Below, piece after piece: positions 18,186-26,826 of a stretch of DNA of 64,000 nt. The stretch spans positions 3,757 through 67,756 of the forward strand of contig JAHFNC010000004.1 in NCBI GenBank assembly GCA_023267535.1. Reading direction: 5' to 3'. Both the position numbers and the translations under genes were made by a program. The stretch comes from a bacterium (lineage in GTDB: Bacteria; Patescibacteriota; Minisyncoccia; Phycocordibacterales; UBA5272). The notes under the pieces were generated by a model. It was not told where the DNA came from, searched no databases, and saw nothing but the letters and a program-made list of their open reading frames with translations. Position 1 is the stretch's first letter. Each line of letters begins with the position of its first letter.

Positions 18186-18503
18186 ATGTCATTTGCTGTA
18201 ATACAAACAGGCGGAAAGCAATACCAAGTCGCAGTGGGCGATGAGATTGTTGTTGAGAAAATAAAGGGAGATTATAAAGTTGGAGACAAAGTTCAAATCG
18301 AATCTGTTGTTTTAAAAGATGACGGAACAACTACCGAACTAGGAGCTCCTTTTATTAAGGGCGCATCAGTTGAGGCAACAATCGCTGACTCAGGAAAACT
18401 AAAGAAAGTTATGGTTGTTCGTTACCGTCAGAAATCAAGATATCACAAGAGAAATGGTCATCGCCAACCATTTATGTCTCTAAAGATAGAAAGCATTAAA
18501 TAA
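18186..18503 (+). CDS. rplU: 50S ribosomal protein L21
   Basis: MSFAVIQTGGKQYQVAVGDEIVVEK matches L21 N-terminus; ATG at 18186 preferred over upstream ATG. Confidence 0.9.
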   Translation: MSFAVIQTGGKQYQVAVGDEIVVEKIKGDYKVGDKVQIESVVLKDDGTTTELGAPFIKGASVEATIADSGKLKKVMVVRYRQKSRYHKRNGHRQPFMSLKIESIK

Positions 18504-18525
18504 TTAATTTTAAAATACAGAAAAG

Positions 18526-18557
18526 AAAAAAGCCACTTCCTTAGAAGTGGCTTTTAC
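18526..18557. terminator. Rho-independent terminator after rplU
   Basis: aagccacttc-ctta-gaagtggctt hairpin followed by TT. Confidence 0.65.
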
Positions 18558-18804
18558 CATTGGCGTGTAGCTCGGGTGTGTTTTTAATTTTATTTATTTC
18601 GTTTTGGATTAGCAATGAACTCAAAAGAAAATAGGCAACGAAAATAGATATAATCACAAACACCATTAACTCAAACATATATTTAGTATCAAAGGCTTCT
18701 GATCCAACTTCAGATACATAGAGCAAAAGTATCAGAAAAGACATGGTTAGACCAAGAAGTGCATGAGTACGTTTTTCTTCCAAATAGTCAAAGTTCATAT
18801 TCAT
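18541..18804 (-). CDS. hypothetical small membrane protein
   Basis: 87 aa, two TM helices; 3' end overlaps the rplU terminator hairpin. Confidence 0.3.
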   Translation of the reverse strand: MNMNFDYLEEKRTHALLGLTMSFLILLLYVSEVGSEAFDTKYMFELMVFVIISIFVAYFLLSSLLIQNEINKIKNTPELHANGKSHF

Positions 18805-18859
18805 AATTAGAATCCCCCCGGTTCTTTTAATGAAATCTGCTAATTATGTTATATCACAA

Positions 18860-19486
18860 TTAATCTCTTCTTTCAAAAGCACTTTTGAAAGTGTCACGGT
18901 CAACATACTCAAGTTCCAGCCCAGAAGAAAGTCCTCGCGCAAGAGAAGACATCTTCACATCTTTAATTCCAACAATTTGCGCGAGAGTATTTTCTACATA
19001 TTCTTTGGTGTTATCTCCGTAGTCAGTAACTGGTAAAGCGAAAATTATTTCAGATATTTTTTTGCTTTCAATATCAGAATGAACTCGTGACACTAATTCT
19101 CTTATTCGTATAATTTCCGAAGGCTTGTCAGTTAGTGGTGGAAGAAGTCCTCCTAAAATAAAATACATTCCATTATATGAGCCAGTTTTTTCTATGGCGT
19201 CTAGGTCTAATTCTTTTTCTACAATCATCAAAACATTTTTATCTCTGGACTCAGTGTCACAAATCACACATTTAGTTTTGTCATTTCTTAAATTATTGTC
19301 TCCAAAAAATCTGAAACAAGAGTCGCATTGTTTGCCGGTGAATTTCAATTCTTCCAAGGCTTTGATTAATTGTTCTTTGAAATGAAAATGTTCACGAAGC
19401 AAAAAGTAAACAAACCTCTTGGCTTGTTTTGGTCCAATCCCCGGAAACCTCATAAATAATTCCACCAACTTATCCGAAGCGTTCAT
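18860..19486 (-). CDS. recR: Recombination protein RecR
   Basis: 208 aa; HhH RFPGIGPKQAKR, C4 zinc finger CDSC...CVIC, Toprim domain. Confidence 0.9.
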   Translation of the reverse strand: MNASDKLVELFMRFPGIGPKQAKRFVYFLLREHFHFKEQLIKALEELKFTGKQCDSCFRFFGDNNLRNDKTKCVICDTESRDKNVLMIVEKELDLDAIEKTGSYNGMYFILGGLLPPLTDKPSEIIRIRELVSRVHSDIESKKISEIIFALPVTDYGDNTKEYVENTLAQIVGIKDVKMSSLARGLSSGLELEYVDRDTFKSAFERRD

Positions 19487-19564
19487 ATTTGAGAATTATA
19501 ACATTTATTAGAATATACATATTATGATGAAAAGCTGCTATAATCCAAACAATAAATTATTGTA

Positions 19565-20269
19565 ATGAAGAAAATTCAAGACGACATAATTAGCTACAGA
19601 GAGATGTGTGATATAGAAAATGTTCAAACACTTCAGCGTGGAATGAATTTTCGTATGAACCAAAAATACTCCGTCATATTAATGTCCCAAAGATCAAACG
19701 CTCCATATATTGATAAGGTTCATGCGGATGGTTTAACTATTGAATATGAGGGACACGACGTCTCCAGAATTACAAATGAGCCCGCCTATAATCCAAAGCA
19801 ATATGATCAATCAGAGAAATTACCGAGCGGGAAATTAACACAAAATGGATTTTTTATAAAAGCTGTAAAAGAATTTAAAAAAAGTATGGCTAATCCAGAG
19901 CTTGTTAAAATTTATGAAAAAGTTTTTCCTGGTGTTTGGTCTTTGAAAGGCTATTTTGATCTCATTGATTACAGAAATGTTAGAGATGAAAAAAGAAATG
20001 TGTTTCGCTTTATTCTGAAATTATCAAATCGTCAAGAAAATTATGATTCAAAGGTTGCGAAAATTGAACACACAAGATTGATTCCGTCAGAAGTAAAAAG
20101 AGAGGTTTGGAAACGAGATGATGGAAAGTGTGTTATTTGTGGAGATACAAAAAATTTACACTTTGACCACGATCTTCCTTTTTCAAAAGGGGGCACAAGT
20201 TTATCAACAAAAAATGTGCGCTTACTTTGTATGAGACATAATCTTCAAAAATCAGATAAGATAATTTAG
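19565..20269 (+). CDS. HNH endonuclease with uncharacterised N-terminal domain
   Basis: 234 aa; C-terminal HNH motif DGKCVICGD...LHFDHDLPFSKGG...HN; about 175 aa N-terminal domain of unknown function. Confidence 0.8.
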   Translation: MKKIQDDIISYREMCDIENVQTLQRGMNFRMNQKYSVILMSQRSNAPYIDKVHADGLTIEYEGHDVSRITNEPAYNPKQYDQSEKLPSGKLTQNGFFIKAVKEFKKSMANPELVKIYEKVFPGVWSLKGYFDLIDYRNVRDEKRNVFRFILKLSNRQENYDSKVAKIEHTRLIPSEVKREVWKRDDGKCVICGDTKNLHFDHDLPFSKGGTSLSTKNVRLLCMRHNLQKSDKII

Positions 20270-20278
20270 TATTTCTAC

Positions 20279-20322
20279 TTATCCACAGTTGTTCTATTGC
20301 AGTAGAACAATCGTTCTAATAT
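20279..20322 (+). promoter_or_regulatory. lexA promoter/operator: DnaA-box consensus plus overlapping LexA (Cheo-type) palindromes
   Basis: TTATCCACA at 20279-20287; TGTTCTA-N6-TAGAACA (20290-20309) and GAAC-AATC-GTTC (20305-20316); TAATAT -10-like hexamer at 20317-20322; lexA ATG at 20329. Confidence 0.5.
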
Positions 20323-20328
20323 ACTGAA

Positions 20329-20895
20329 TTGATGAATGAGGAAGAAATTTTAATATCATTTTTTACGGAAAATAAAAGAATGCCAACATACGAAGAGATG
20401 AAAGGTCTCTTCGGTGTGGCTTCAAAAAACACTGTGGCTTTCAGAGTAAATAAATTATTAGAAAATGGTTTCTTGATTAAGAAAGGAAGTAAAATTGCTC
20501 TTGCTCAATCTGGCTCAGTTGTGAGATTGGGAACTGTTCAAGCTGGATTTCCAACTACTGCAGACGAAGATGTCGTATCCGAGTTATTATCACTTGATGA
20601 TTTTTTAATAGAAAGAAAGAGTTCAACATATATGTTGGAAGTGGTTGGTGAATCAATGAAAGATGCCGGAATAATTGAAGGCGACTTGGTTTTAGTAGAA
20701 AGAGGAAAGACTCCACGTCGTGGAGATATAGTTCTAGCACTTGTTGATAATGAATACACGCTGAAATATTTAGAAACAGAAAAAGGAAAACCAGTGCTTG
20801 TGCCAGCCAATAAATTATTTAAGAAAATCTATCCAAACCCAAACAAATTAAAAATCGAAGCAGTTTTAAAAGCAGTAATTAGAAAATATAGATAA
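20329..20895 (+). CDS. lexA: LexA repressor (S24 peptidase)
   Basis: 188 aa; N-terminal wHTH; C-terminal GESMKDAGIIEGDLVLVERG with Ser/Lys dyad. Confidence 0.85.
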   Translation: MMNEEEILISFFTENKRMPTYEEMKGLFGVASKNTVAFRVNKLLENGFLIKKGSKIALAQSGSVVRLGTVQAGFPTTADEDVVSELLSLDDFLIERKSSTYMLEVVGESMKDAGIIEGDLVLVERGKTPRRGDIVLALVDNEYTLKYLETEKGKPVLVPANKLFKKIYPNPNKLKIEAVLKAVIRKYR

Positions 20896-21045
20896 ACATA
20901 TGAAATTATTTAACATCACAATTACAATACAGAGCTCCATAAAAAACGACGAGCCAGTTTACAAAAATGAACTAATAAGTAGACACATTAATTTCGCTTC
21001 AAAACTTACTCAACTTTCTAGATTATAAATAACTATTTCAAATAT

Positions 21046-21477
21046 ATGTCACCATCACCACGCGCCATAATACAAATAAGCACAACAGGAAAGAATTTTT
21101 CTCGTATAAATTATAGTCGTCGCATGTATGCCGTCATTAGACGTTATACACCGGACGTGGCTGAGGGTAATATAAATGAATGCTTTGCTGATATAACCGG
21201 ACTTCGCACTTTCTTTAAAATGTCATACAAAGAATTGGCAGAAAAAATTCTTAAAGATTTAAATAAAGAAATTGGTGTGCAATTTACAATCAGAATTACT
21301 TCAATGAAAGCCTTTCAAAATGCAAAAACTAACAGTAGAAACTCCAAGAGTATTTCTACTTACAAAGAATTAAACAAACTTTTTGCCGGACTATCATTTG
21401 TTGAAGCCAAAAATCGTAAAAGCTTAATTAGTAGAAGAAGAAAATTTGCCGTACCATTTATTGGTAAGGTTGCATAA
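21046..21477 (+). pseudogene. dinB: Truncated Y-family DNA polymerase IV (DinB) fragment
   Basis: 143 aa ORF; ECFADITG corresponds to DinB DEAYLDVT; C-terminal RKFAVPFIGKVA corresponds to LAKIPGVGKV HhH; catalytic N-terminal palm and C-terminal little finger absent. Confidence 0.5.
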
Positions 21478-21483
21478 TTATTT

Positions 21484-22026
21484 TTGGTCGTGAAAGAGAT
21501 AAGCTATAAATTAAAAATTAGTAAAAAATCCAAAAGATTAAAACTTGCTGTCTATCATGACGGTACTGTTTTGGTTACTGTTCCCAGAGGTGTAACTAAA
21601 GAAATTGTTAAGAGTTTTGTGTTAAGTAAATATAAATGGATTACTAAAAAAGTAGAATTTTTTAAAAAGTATCCAGCTAGAGCACTGCCTAAAAATAATA
21701 AGAAAGCTTTTGAAGAAAATAAAGAGGTGGCTTACAAGATTGCTATTGAAAGACTAGAGCATTTTAATAAGTTCTATAAATTGAAATGGAATAACATAAC
21801 CATAAAGAATACAAAAACCCGCTGGGGAAGTTGTTCAAGAAAAGGAAATTTAAATTTTAATTACAAAATAGCACTACTTTCTCCAAAGCTTAGAGATTAC
21901 ATAATCGTTCATGAGCTTTGCCATTTAGGAGAATTCAACCACTCGCAAAAGTTTTGGACATTAGTTTCAAAAACTATTCCAAATTATTTAGAGTTAAAAA
22001 AGGAACTAAAAATAAATATTTTTTAA
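21484..22026 (+). CDS. YgjP-like (DUF45/M48-type) zinc metallopeptidase
   Basis: 180 aa; HELCHL HExxH motif plus NHSQKFW, basic N-terminal region typical of YgjP family. Confidence 0.8.
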   Translation: MVVKEISYKLKISKKSKRLKLAVYHDGTVLVTVPRGVTKEIVKSFVLSKYKWITKKVEFFKKYPARALPKNNKKAFEENKEVAYKIAIERLEHFNKFYKLKWNNITIKNTKTRWGSCSRKGNLNFNYKIALLSPKLRDYIIVHELCHLGEFNHSQKFWTLVSKTIPNYLELKKELKINIF

Positions 22027-22079
22027 TGTTTTATTAAATCGTCTGTATTAAATTGAAGAAATTTGTTAATATAGCTCAC

Positions 22080-23198
22080 ATGTCACTTTCAATAGGAATT
22101 GTTGGACTACCAAATGTTGGCAAGTCAACACTATTTAACGCCATTACAAAAAAATCTGTTCCAGCGGAAAATTATCCGTTCTGCACCATTGACCCATCGG
22201 TGGGTGTGGTTGCTGTGCCGGATGCACGACTTGAAGTTTTGTCTAAAATTTCTGGCTCTAAAAAATTAATTCCAGCTATTGTTGAGTTTGTAGATATTGC
22301 GGGTCTCGTAAAAGGAGCCTCATCTGGCGAAGGACTTGGAAACGCCTTCTTGTCACATATTCGTGAGACCGACGCTATCGCGGAAGTGGTGCGTATTTAT
22401 GAAAACGGCGAGTTAATCCACGTGGAAGGAACAATCGACCCACTTCGTGATATTGAAATCATTAATATGGAATTGATTTTGGCTGATATGCAAACAGTTG
22501 AGAAAAGAAGTCAGACCATTGGTCGCGACGTTAAACGCGGAGACAAAGACGCAATTAAATTACAAGGACTGCTGGATGTCTTCAAGAAAAATTTTGATGA
22601 AGGAAAACTAGCTAACACACTTTCGTTTGATGAAGAAGAAACAAGATTAATTAAGGATTTGCATTTAATTACTATGAAGCCGTTTCTTTACGTGTTGAAT
22701 AAACAATCTGGCGGAAAAAATTTAGACGAAATGAACCTGTCTGCCGGACAGGCAGGTGATGAACGATTCCAAAAGTTAATTGAGTATTTTAAAAAGAATA
22801 ATTTTAAATATGTAATAGTAGACGCCAAGATTGAAGATGAATTGAAAGATTTTGAAGGAGAAGAAAAAGAAATAATGCGTAAGGAAATGAATGCCAATGA
22901 CAATGGAGTGGATAATTTAATCAAAGCAGGATATGACTTACTTGGTCTTGAAACATATTTAACAACAGGAGAGGTTGAAACTCGCGCCTGGACGATTAAA
23001 AAGGGCTCTACTGCACCAGTTGCAGGCCAAGCGATACATACTGACTTTAAAGATAAATTCATCCGTGCTGAGGTTGTAGCTTATGATGATTTAGTTAAAG
23101 CTGGAAATTATGTTGAAGCAAAGACAAGGGGATTGCTACGCACGGAAGGAAAAGATTATATAGTCAAAGATGGCGATGTAATAGAGTTTAAGATTTAA
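22080..23198 (+). CDS. ychF: Redox-regulated ATPase YchF (Obg-family GTPase)
   Basis: [20 protein letters not shown]1 motif, TGS domain at C-terminus; start moved to ATG 22080 from ORF-track 22053. Confidence 0.9.
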   Translation: MSLSIGIVGLPNVGKSTLFNAITKKSVPAENYPFCTIDPSVGVVAVPDARLEVLSKISGSKKLIPAIVEFVDIAGLVKGASSGEGLGNAFLSHIRETDAIAEVVRIYENGELIHVEGTIDPLRDIEIINMELILADMQTVEKRSQTIGRDVKRGDKDAIKLQGLLDVFKKNFDEGKLANTLSFDEEETRLIKDLHLITMKPFLYVLNKQSGGKNLDEMNLSAGQAGDERFQKLIEYFKKNNFKYVIVDAKIEDELKDFEGEEKEIMRKEMNANDNGVDNLIKAGYDLLGLETYLTTGEVETRAWTIKKGSTAPVAGQAIHTDFKDKFIRAEVVAYDDLVKAGNYVEAKTRGLLRTEGKDYIVKDGDVIEFKI

Positions 23199-23413
23199 AA
23201 TTAATTCATCTACTTTGTCACAATTTCATTTTTGTCAGTCGTCGTAGGATATCTACGCCTTCTTCCAAAAATTCTTTGTTTCGTGTATCTAAAGCAATTT
23301 TAAAGCTTAAACAAATTCAAAATATAAAATTATTTTACCTTAGTTTAAGTTTGCATGTTTATTCGTTTTAGTTTAATCTGTGTTTCTAGTTCTTTTATAA
23401 ACAGAGGTTAGTA

Positions 23414-23719
23414 ATGTCAGATATTCTTTTGGTAAAAACTGGGCAAACTCACAAAGTTACCCAACCGCAGCTTGATTGTCTTAAAATTCTTACAGAAAAG
23501 AAAGGGAGATTTGTACTTGTTTTTTATGTTTGGGAACAATATCAATCATTAACAAAAAAAGAAGGTCGTCCTGACGAAGGGCACACTTCTTCAAGAATGA
23601 TCGCTAATGATCTAGATGATTTATTCAACAAAAAAATCATTGAAAGAGGTGCTCACAGTGAAAGCGCCCCGCATTCCTGTAAAGGTTATAGAATCATTGA
23701 AGATTTTGAAATCGTTTAA
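23414..23719 (+). CDS. hypothetical small protein
   Basis: 101 aa ORF, GTAATG start with AGAGG upstream. Confidence 0.35.
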   Translation: MSDILLVKTGQTHKVTQPQLDCLKILTEKKGRFVLVFYVWEQYQSLTKKEGRPDEGHTSSRMIANDLDDLFNKKIIERGAHSESAPHSCKGYRIIEDFEIV

Positions 23720-23742
23720 CTTTAAATGGAGGATATACACGA

Positions 23743-23997
23743 ATGTATTCTCATAATGAAATAAAGGAGCAAAATAATCCCGACTGCAAAGAATGTTTTG
23801 GTGCTGGCAATATCCTCGTTTATTTTGTTGACCACAGAAAGAAAAGGGTCATAGAGGAATGGGTTTACTGCACCACCTGTTACCCAACTAGTTCTTGCTT
23901 TGGATTTGATAAATCCTGCAATTTTGCGGAAGAAATTTCCAAAGAAGATGCAGACAACCTCGTAAAAGAAAAAGGTTACGACTTGCACGTTCCTTAA
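23743..23997 (+). CDS. hypothetical Cys-rich (zinc-ribbon-like) small protein
   Basis: 84 aa; CKEC ... CTTC ... C..C pattern; followed by terminator. Confidence 0.35.
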   Translation: MYSHNEIKEQNNPDCKECFGAGNILVYFVDHRKKRVIEEWVYCTTCYPTSSCFGFDKSCNFAEEISKEDADNLVKEKGYDLHVP

Positions 23998-24032
23998 ATC
24001 AGCGCCACTTGCGCTGATTTTTATTTTTATAA
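23997..24032 (+). terminator. Rho-independent terminator
   Basis: tcagcgc-cactt-gcgctga hairpin then TTTTTATTTTTAT. Confidence 0.7.
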
Positions 24033-24140
24033 ATCGGCCTTGTTTTCCTGATTACAGAAACACTCCTTGTGGTATTTAAATAATTATTGTACAGTTTAAT
24101 TTGTAACGTCTGTTCTTTAATTGTTACGAGAGGGGACATC

Positions 24141-24446
24141 ATGAGTGATATGGACGACTGCTCTTCAGGACAAGAACTTGCTATAAATGCTGCCAGAAAA
24201 TTGAACAAAATAAATCCTAATCACGAACTTCTCAATCTTTTCAATTTTGGTGGAAAAGGATGTGACGAAAAAAAGTTTGAGGAGAACTGGGAAAATTTTC
24301 AAGTTCGTTTCGGAAAGCCTGGTGCCAGTAAAGAAGAAAGAGGGACTTCGCCCGGCCAAGCATACTTTTGGGCACAATATTACTTAGCGCTAGAAAAAGC
24401 ACTAGACGAAAAAGCCAAATACGAACCAATGTATGTTCCTGTGTAA
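24141..24446 (+). CDS. hypothetical small protein
   Basis: ORF 24087..24446; likely start MSDMDD at 24141 after GAGAGGGGAC. Confidence 0.35.
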   Translation: MSDMDDCSSGQELAINAARKLNKINPNHELLNLFNFGGKGCDEKKFEENWENFQVRFGKPGASKEERGTSPGQAYFWAQYYLALEKALDEKAKYEPMYVPV

Positions 24447-24454
24447 TTTTTAAT

Positions 24455-24486
24455 GAAGGAGACCGCGAGTCTCCTTTTGTTTTTAT
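24455..24486 (+). terminator. Rho-independent terminator
   Basis: aaggagac-cgcga-gtctcctt hairpin followed by TTGTTTTTAT. Confidence 0.7.
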
Positions 24487-24514
24487 CTCTTTATTTTGTA
24501 TAATCAATTGACCT

Positions 24515-26401
24515 ATGACTGTAAGTGAAATTAGAGCAAAATTTTTATCATATATGGAAATGAAGGGGCACAAAGTTGTCTTTTCTTCGTCATTAAAACC
24601 AGAGAATGACCCAACCACACTCTTTACTGGCTCCGGAATGCAACCAATGCTTCCATATTTGCTTGGTCAGCCTCACGAATTGGGAAAAAGGATCGCTGAT
24701 TCGCAAAAATGTTTTCGTTCACAAGATATAGATGATGTTGGAGATAACCGCCACACCACTTTCTTTGAAATGCTTGGAAATTGGTCATTTGGTGATTATT
24801 TTAAGGGAGAAGAAATCGTCTGGATGTTTAATTTTTTAATTGGTGAACTTCACCTTGACCCAAAAAACTTCTACGTAACTTGTTTCAAAGGAAATTCTAA
24901 TTTAAATATTCCAAGAGATGATGTATCGGCTGACTTGTGGAAAAAAACTTTCAAACAAAAAGGATTAGATGTAAAAGTTGGAGAGAATCCAGAAGTTGAT
25001 GGAATAAAAGAAGGAGAACATATTTTCTATTATGACGAGAGAAAAAATTGGTGGTCTCGTTCTGGAATTCCAAAGAATATGCCAGAAGGTGAGCCTGGGG
25101 GGCCAGATTCTGAAATGTTTTATGACTTTGATTCTGATTTATCAAAAAAGATTCACGCTAATTCAAAATTTAAAGATAGTGTTTGTCATGTGAACTGTGA
25201 TTGTGGAAGATTTTTGGAAATTGGAAACAATGTTTTTATGGAATACAAGAAAGTTGGAAATGGCTTTGAAGAATTGCCACAGAAAAATGTTGACCACGGC
25301 TCTGGACTAGAAAGACATGCTTGTGCTGTAAATAATGACGAAGATATTTTTAATATCGATGTATTTAATGAAGCAAAAAATACTATAGAAAGATTATCTG
25401 GTAAAAAATATCGCGATGATGAAAAAGTAACTTATGCTTATCGTGTAATTCTTGATCATCTTCGTGCCGGAACATTTTTAATTGGAGATGATGTTTTACC
25501 AGGGAATAAAGATCAGTCATATTTCGTGCGCCGACTTATTCGTCGTTCAGTGAGATTCGCCAGAAATTTAGGAATTGATAAAAATTTTACAAAATCAATC
25601 GCGCTTTCATTTATTGAAGTTTATAAAGACGAATATAAAAATCTAAACGAAAAGAAAGAAATCATTTTATTTGAAATGGAAAAAGAAGAGACTAAATTTA
25701 GAGCCACTCTTGAAAAAGGAATAAAAGAATTCGAGAAAATCGGTAGTAGAGACATTTCAGGACACAATGCATTTGATTTACTTCAATCTTACGGATTTCC
25801 AATTGAACTTACAATTGAACTAGCAAAAGAAAGAGGTTTAAATGTTGATTTAGTTGGATTTGAAGAAGAAAAGAAAAAGCATTCTGAAAGTTCTCGCACT
25901 GCTTCCGCTGGAAAGTTTAAAGGAGGACTAGGAGGAGACGGAGAAATAGAAACAAAATATCATACAGCTACACACTTATTACACGAAGCATTACGCCAAG
26001 TACTTGGAGAACACGTGGAACAAAAAGGTTCAAACATCACATCCGAAAGATTACGTTTTGATTTTTCTCATAATGAAAAAATGACAGACGAAGAAAAGAA
26101 AAAAGTTGAAGATTTGGTAAACGAAAAAATAAATGAAGCATTGCCAGTGAAAAGAGAAGAGATTAAGAAAGATGAGGCCATAAGTAGAGGCGCAATTGGA
26201 CTTTTCGGTGATAAATATGGCGACGTGGTTACGGTTTATAGAATCGGAACTGGCGAAAAAAGAGGGGATACAAATTTGTTTTCAATGGAATTATGTGGTG
26301 GTCCTCATGTTGCCAACACCAAAGAACTTGGTCACTTTAAAATAGTAAAAGAAGAAGCAGTCTCTGCCGGTGTTCGTCGAATAAAAGCGATTTTGTCTTA
26401 A
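24515..26401 (+). CDS. alaS: Alanyl-tRNA synthetase, short form lacking C-terminal C-Ala domain
   Basis: 628 aa; class II AlaRS N-terminus ...NDPTTLFTGSGMQP; editing-domain HTATHLLHEALRQVLG..H motif; ends after the editing domain. Confidence 0.85.
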   Translation: MTVSEIRAKFLSYMEMKGHKVVFSSSLKPENDPTTLFTGSGMQPMLPYLLGQPHELGKRIADSQKCFRSQDIDDVGDNRHTTFFEMLGNWSFGDYFKGEEIVWMFNFLIGELHLDPKNFYVTCFKGNSNLNIPRDDVSADLWKKTFKQKGLDVKVGENPEVDGIKEGEHIFYYDERKNWWSRSGIPKNMPEGEPGGPDSEMFYDFDSDLSKKIHANSKFKDSVCHVNCDCGRFLEIGNNVFMEYKKVGNGFEELPQKNVDHGSGLERHACAVNNDEDIFNIDVFNEAKNTIERLSGKKYRDDEKVTYAYRVILDHLRAGTFLIGDDVLPGNKDQSYFVRRLIRRSVRFARNLGIDKNFTKSIALSFIEVYKDEYKNLNEKKEIILFEMEKEETKFRATLEKGIKEFEKIGSRDISGHNAFDLLQSYGFPIELTIELAKERGLNVDLVGFEEEKKKHSESSRTASAGKFKGGLGGDGEIETKYHTATHLLHEALRQVLGEHVEQKGSNITSERLRFDFSHNEKMTDEEKKKVEDLVNEKINEALPVKREEIKKDEAISRGAIGLFGDKYGDVVTVYRIGTGEKRGDTNLFSMELCGGPHVANTKELGHFKIVKEEAVSAGVRRIKAILS

Positions 26402-26442
26402 AATTACTTCTAACTTTTTCTTTTTAAGTTTATACTTAACTC

Positions 26443-26826
26443 ATGCCACATTACTTACTCATTGAAGTTGATGACTCTAAGACAAATCTAAAATATGTCG
26501 TTGATGAGAATGTTTTAGCTACTCATTCTCACGATTTTGGTTTGAAACATTTGGAGTCACACGCCATGAGTAAGATCGCTTCTTCGAAATTCTTAGACGG
26601 AGTGTTTTATATTCTAGAATACATTTCTCTTTACGAAAGAATTCCTACGGAATTTGTTTTATGTTCACCGCGCTATTCATCTTGGATAAAAAATTTAATC
26701 GAGGAAGCCTCTTATACACAGTTTTACACAAACAAAATTCCAGTGTGTGTTAAAATAGACGGCAATAGGGAGGCTTCTTCTAACTATGCAAGACATAAAA
26801 AAACCACATTCTCGTTCAAAGTCTGA
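26443..26826 (+). CDS. hypothetical protein
   Basis: 127 aa ORF. Confidence 0.3.
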   Translation: MPHYLLIEVDDSKTNLKYVVDENVLATHSHDFGLKHLESHAMSKIASSKFLDGVFYILEYISLYERIPTEFVLCSPRYSSWIKNLIEEASYTQFYTNKIPVCVKIDGNREASSNYARHKKTTFSFKV

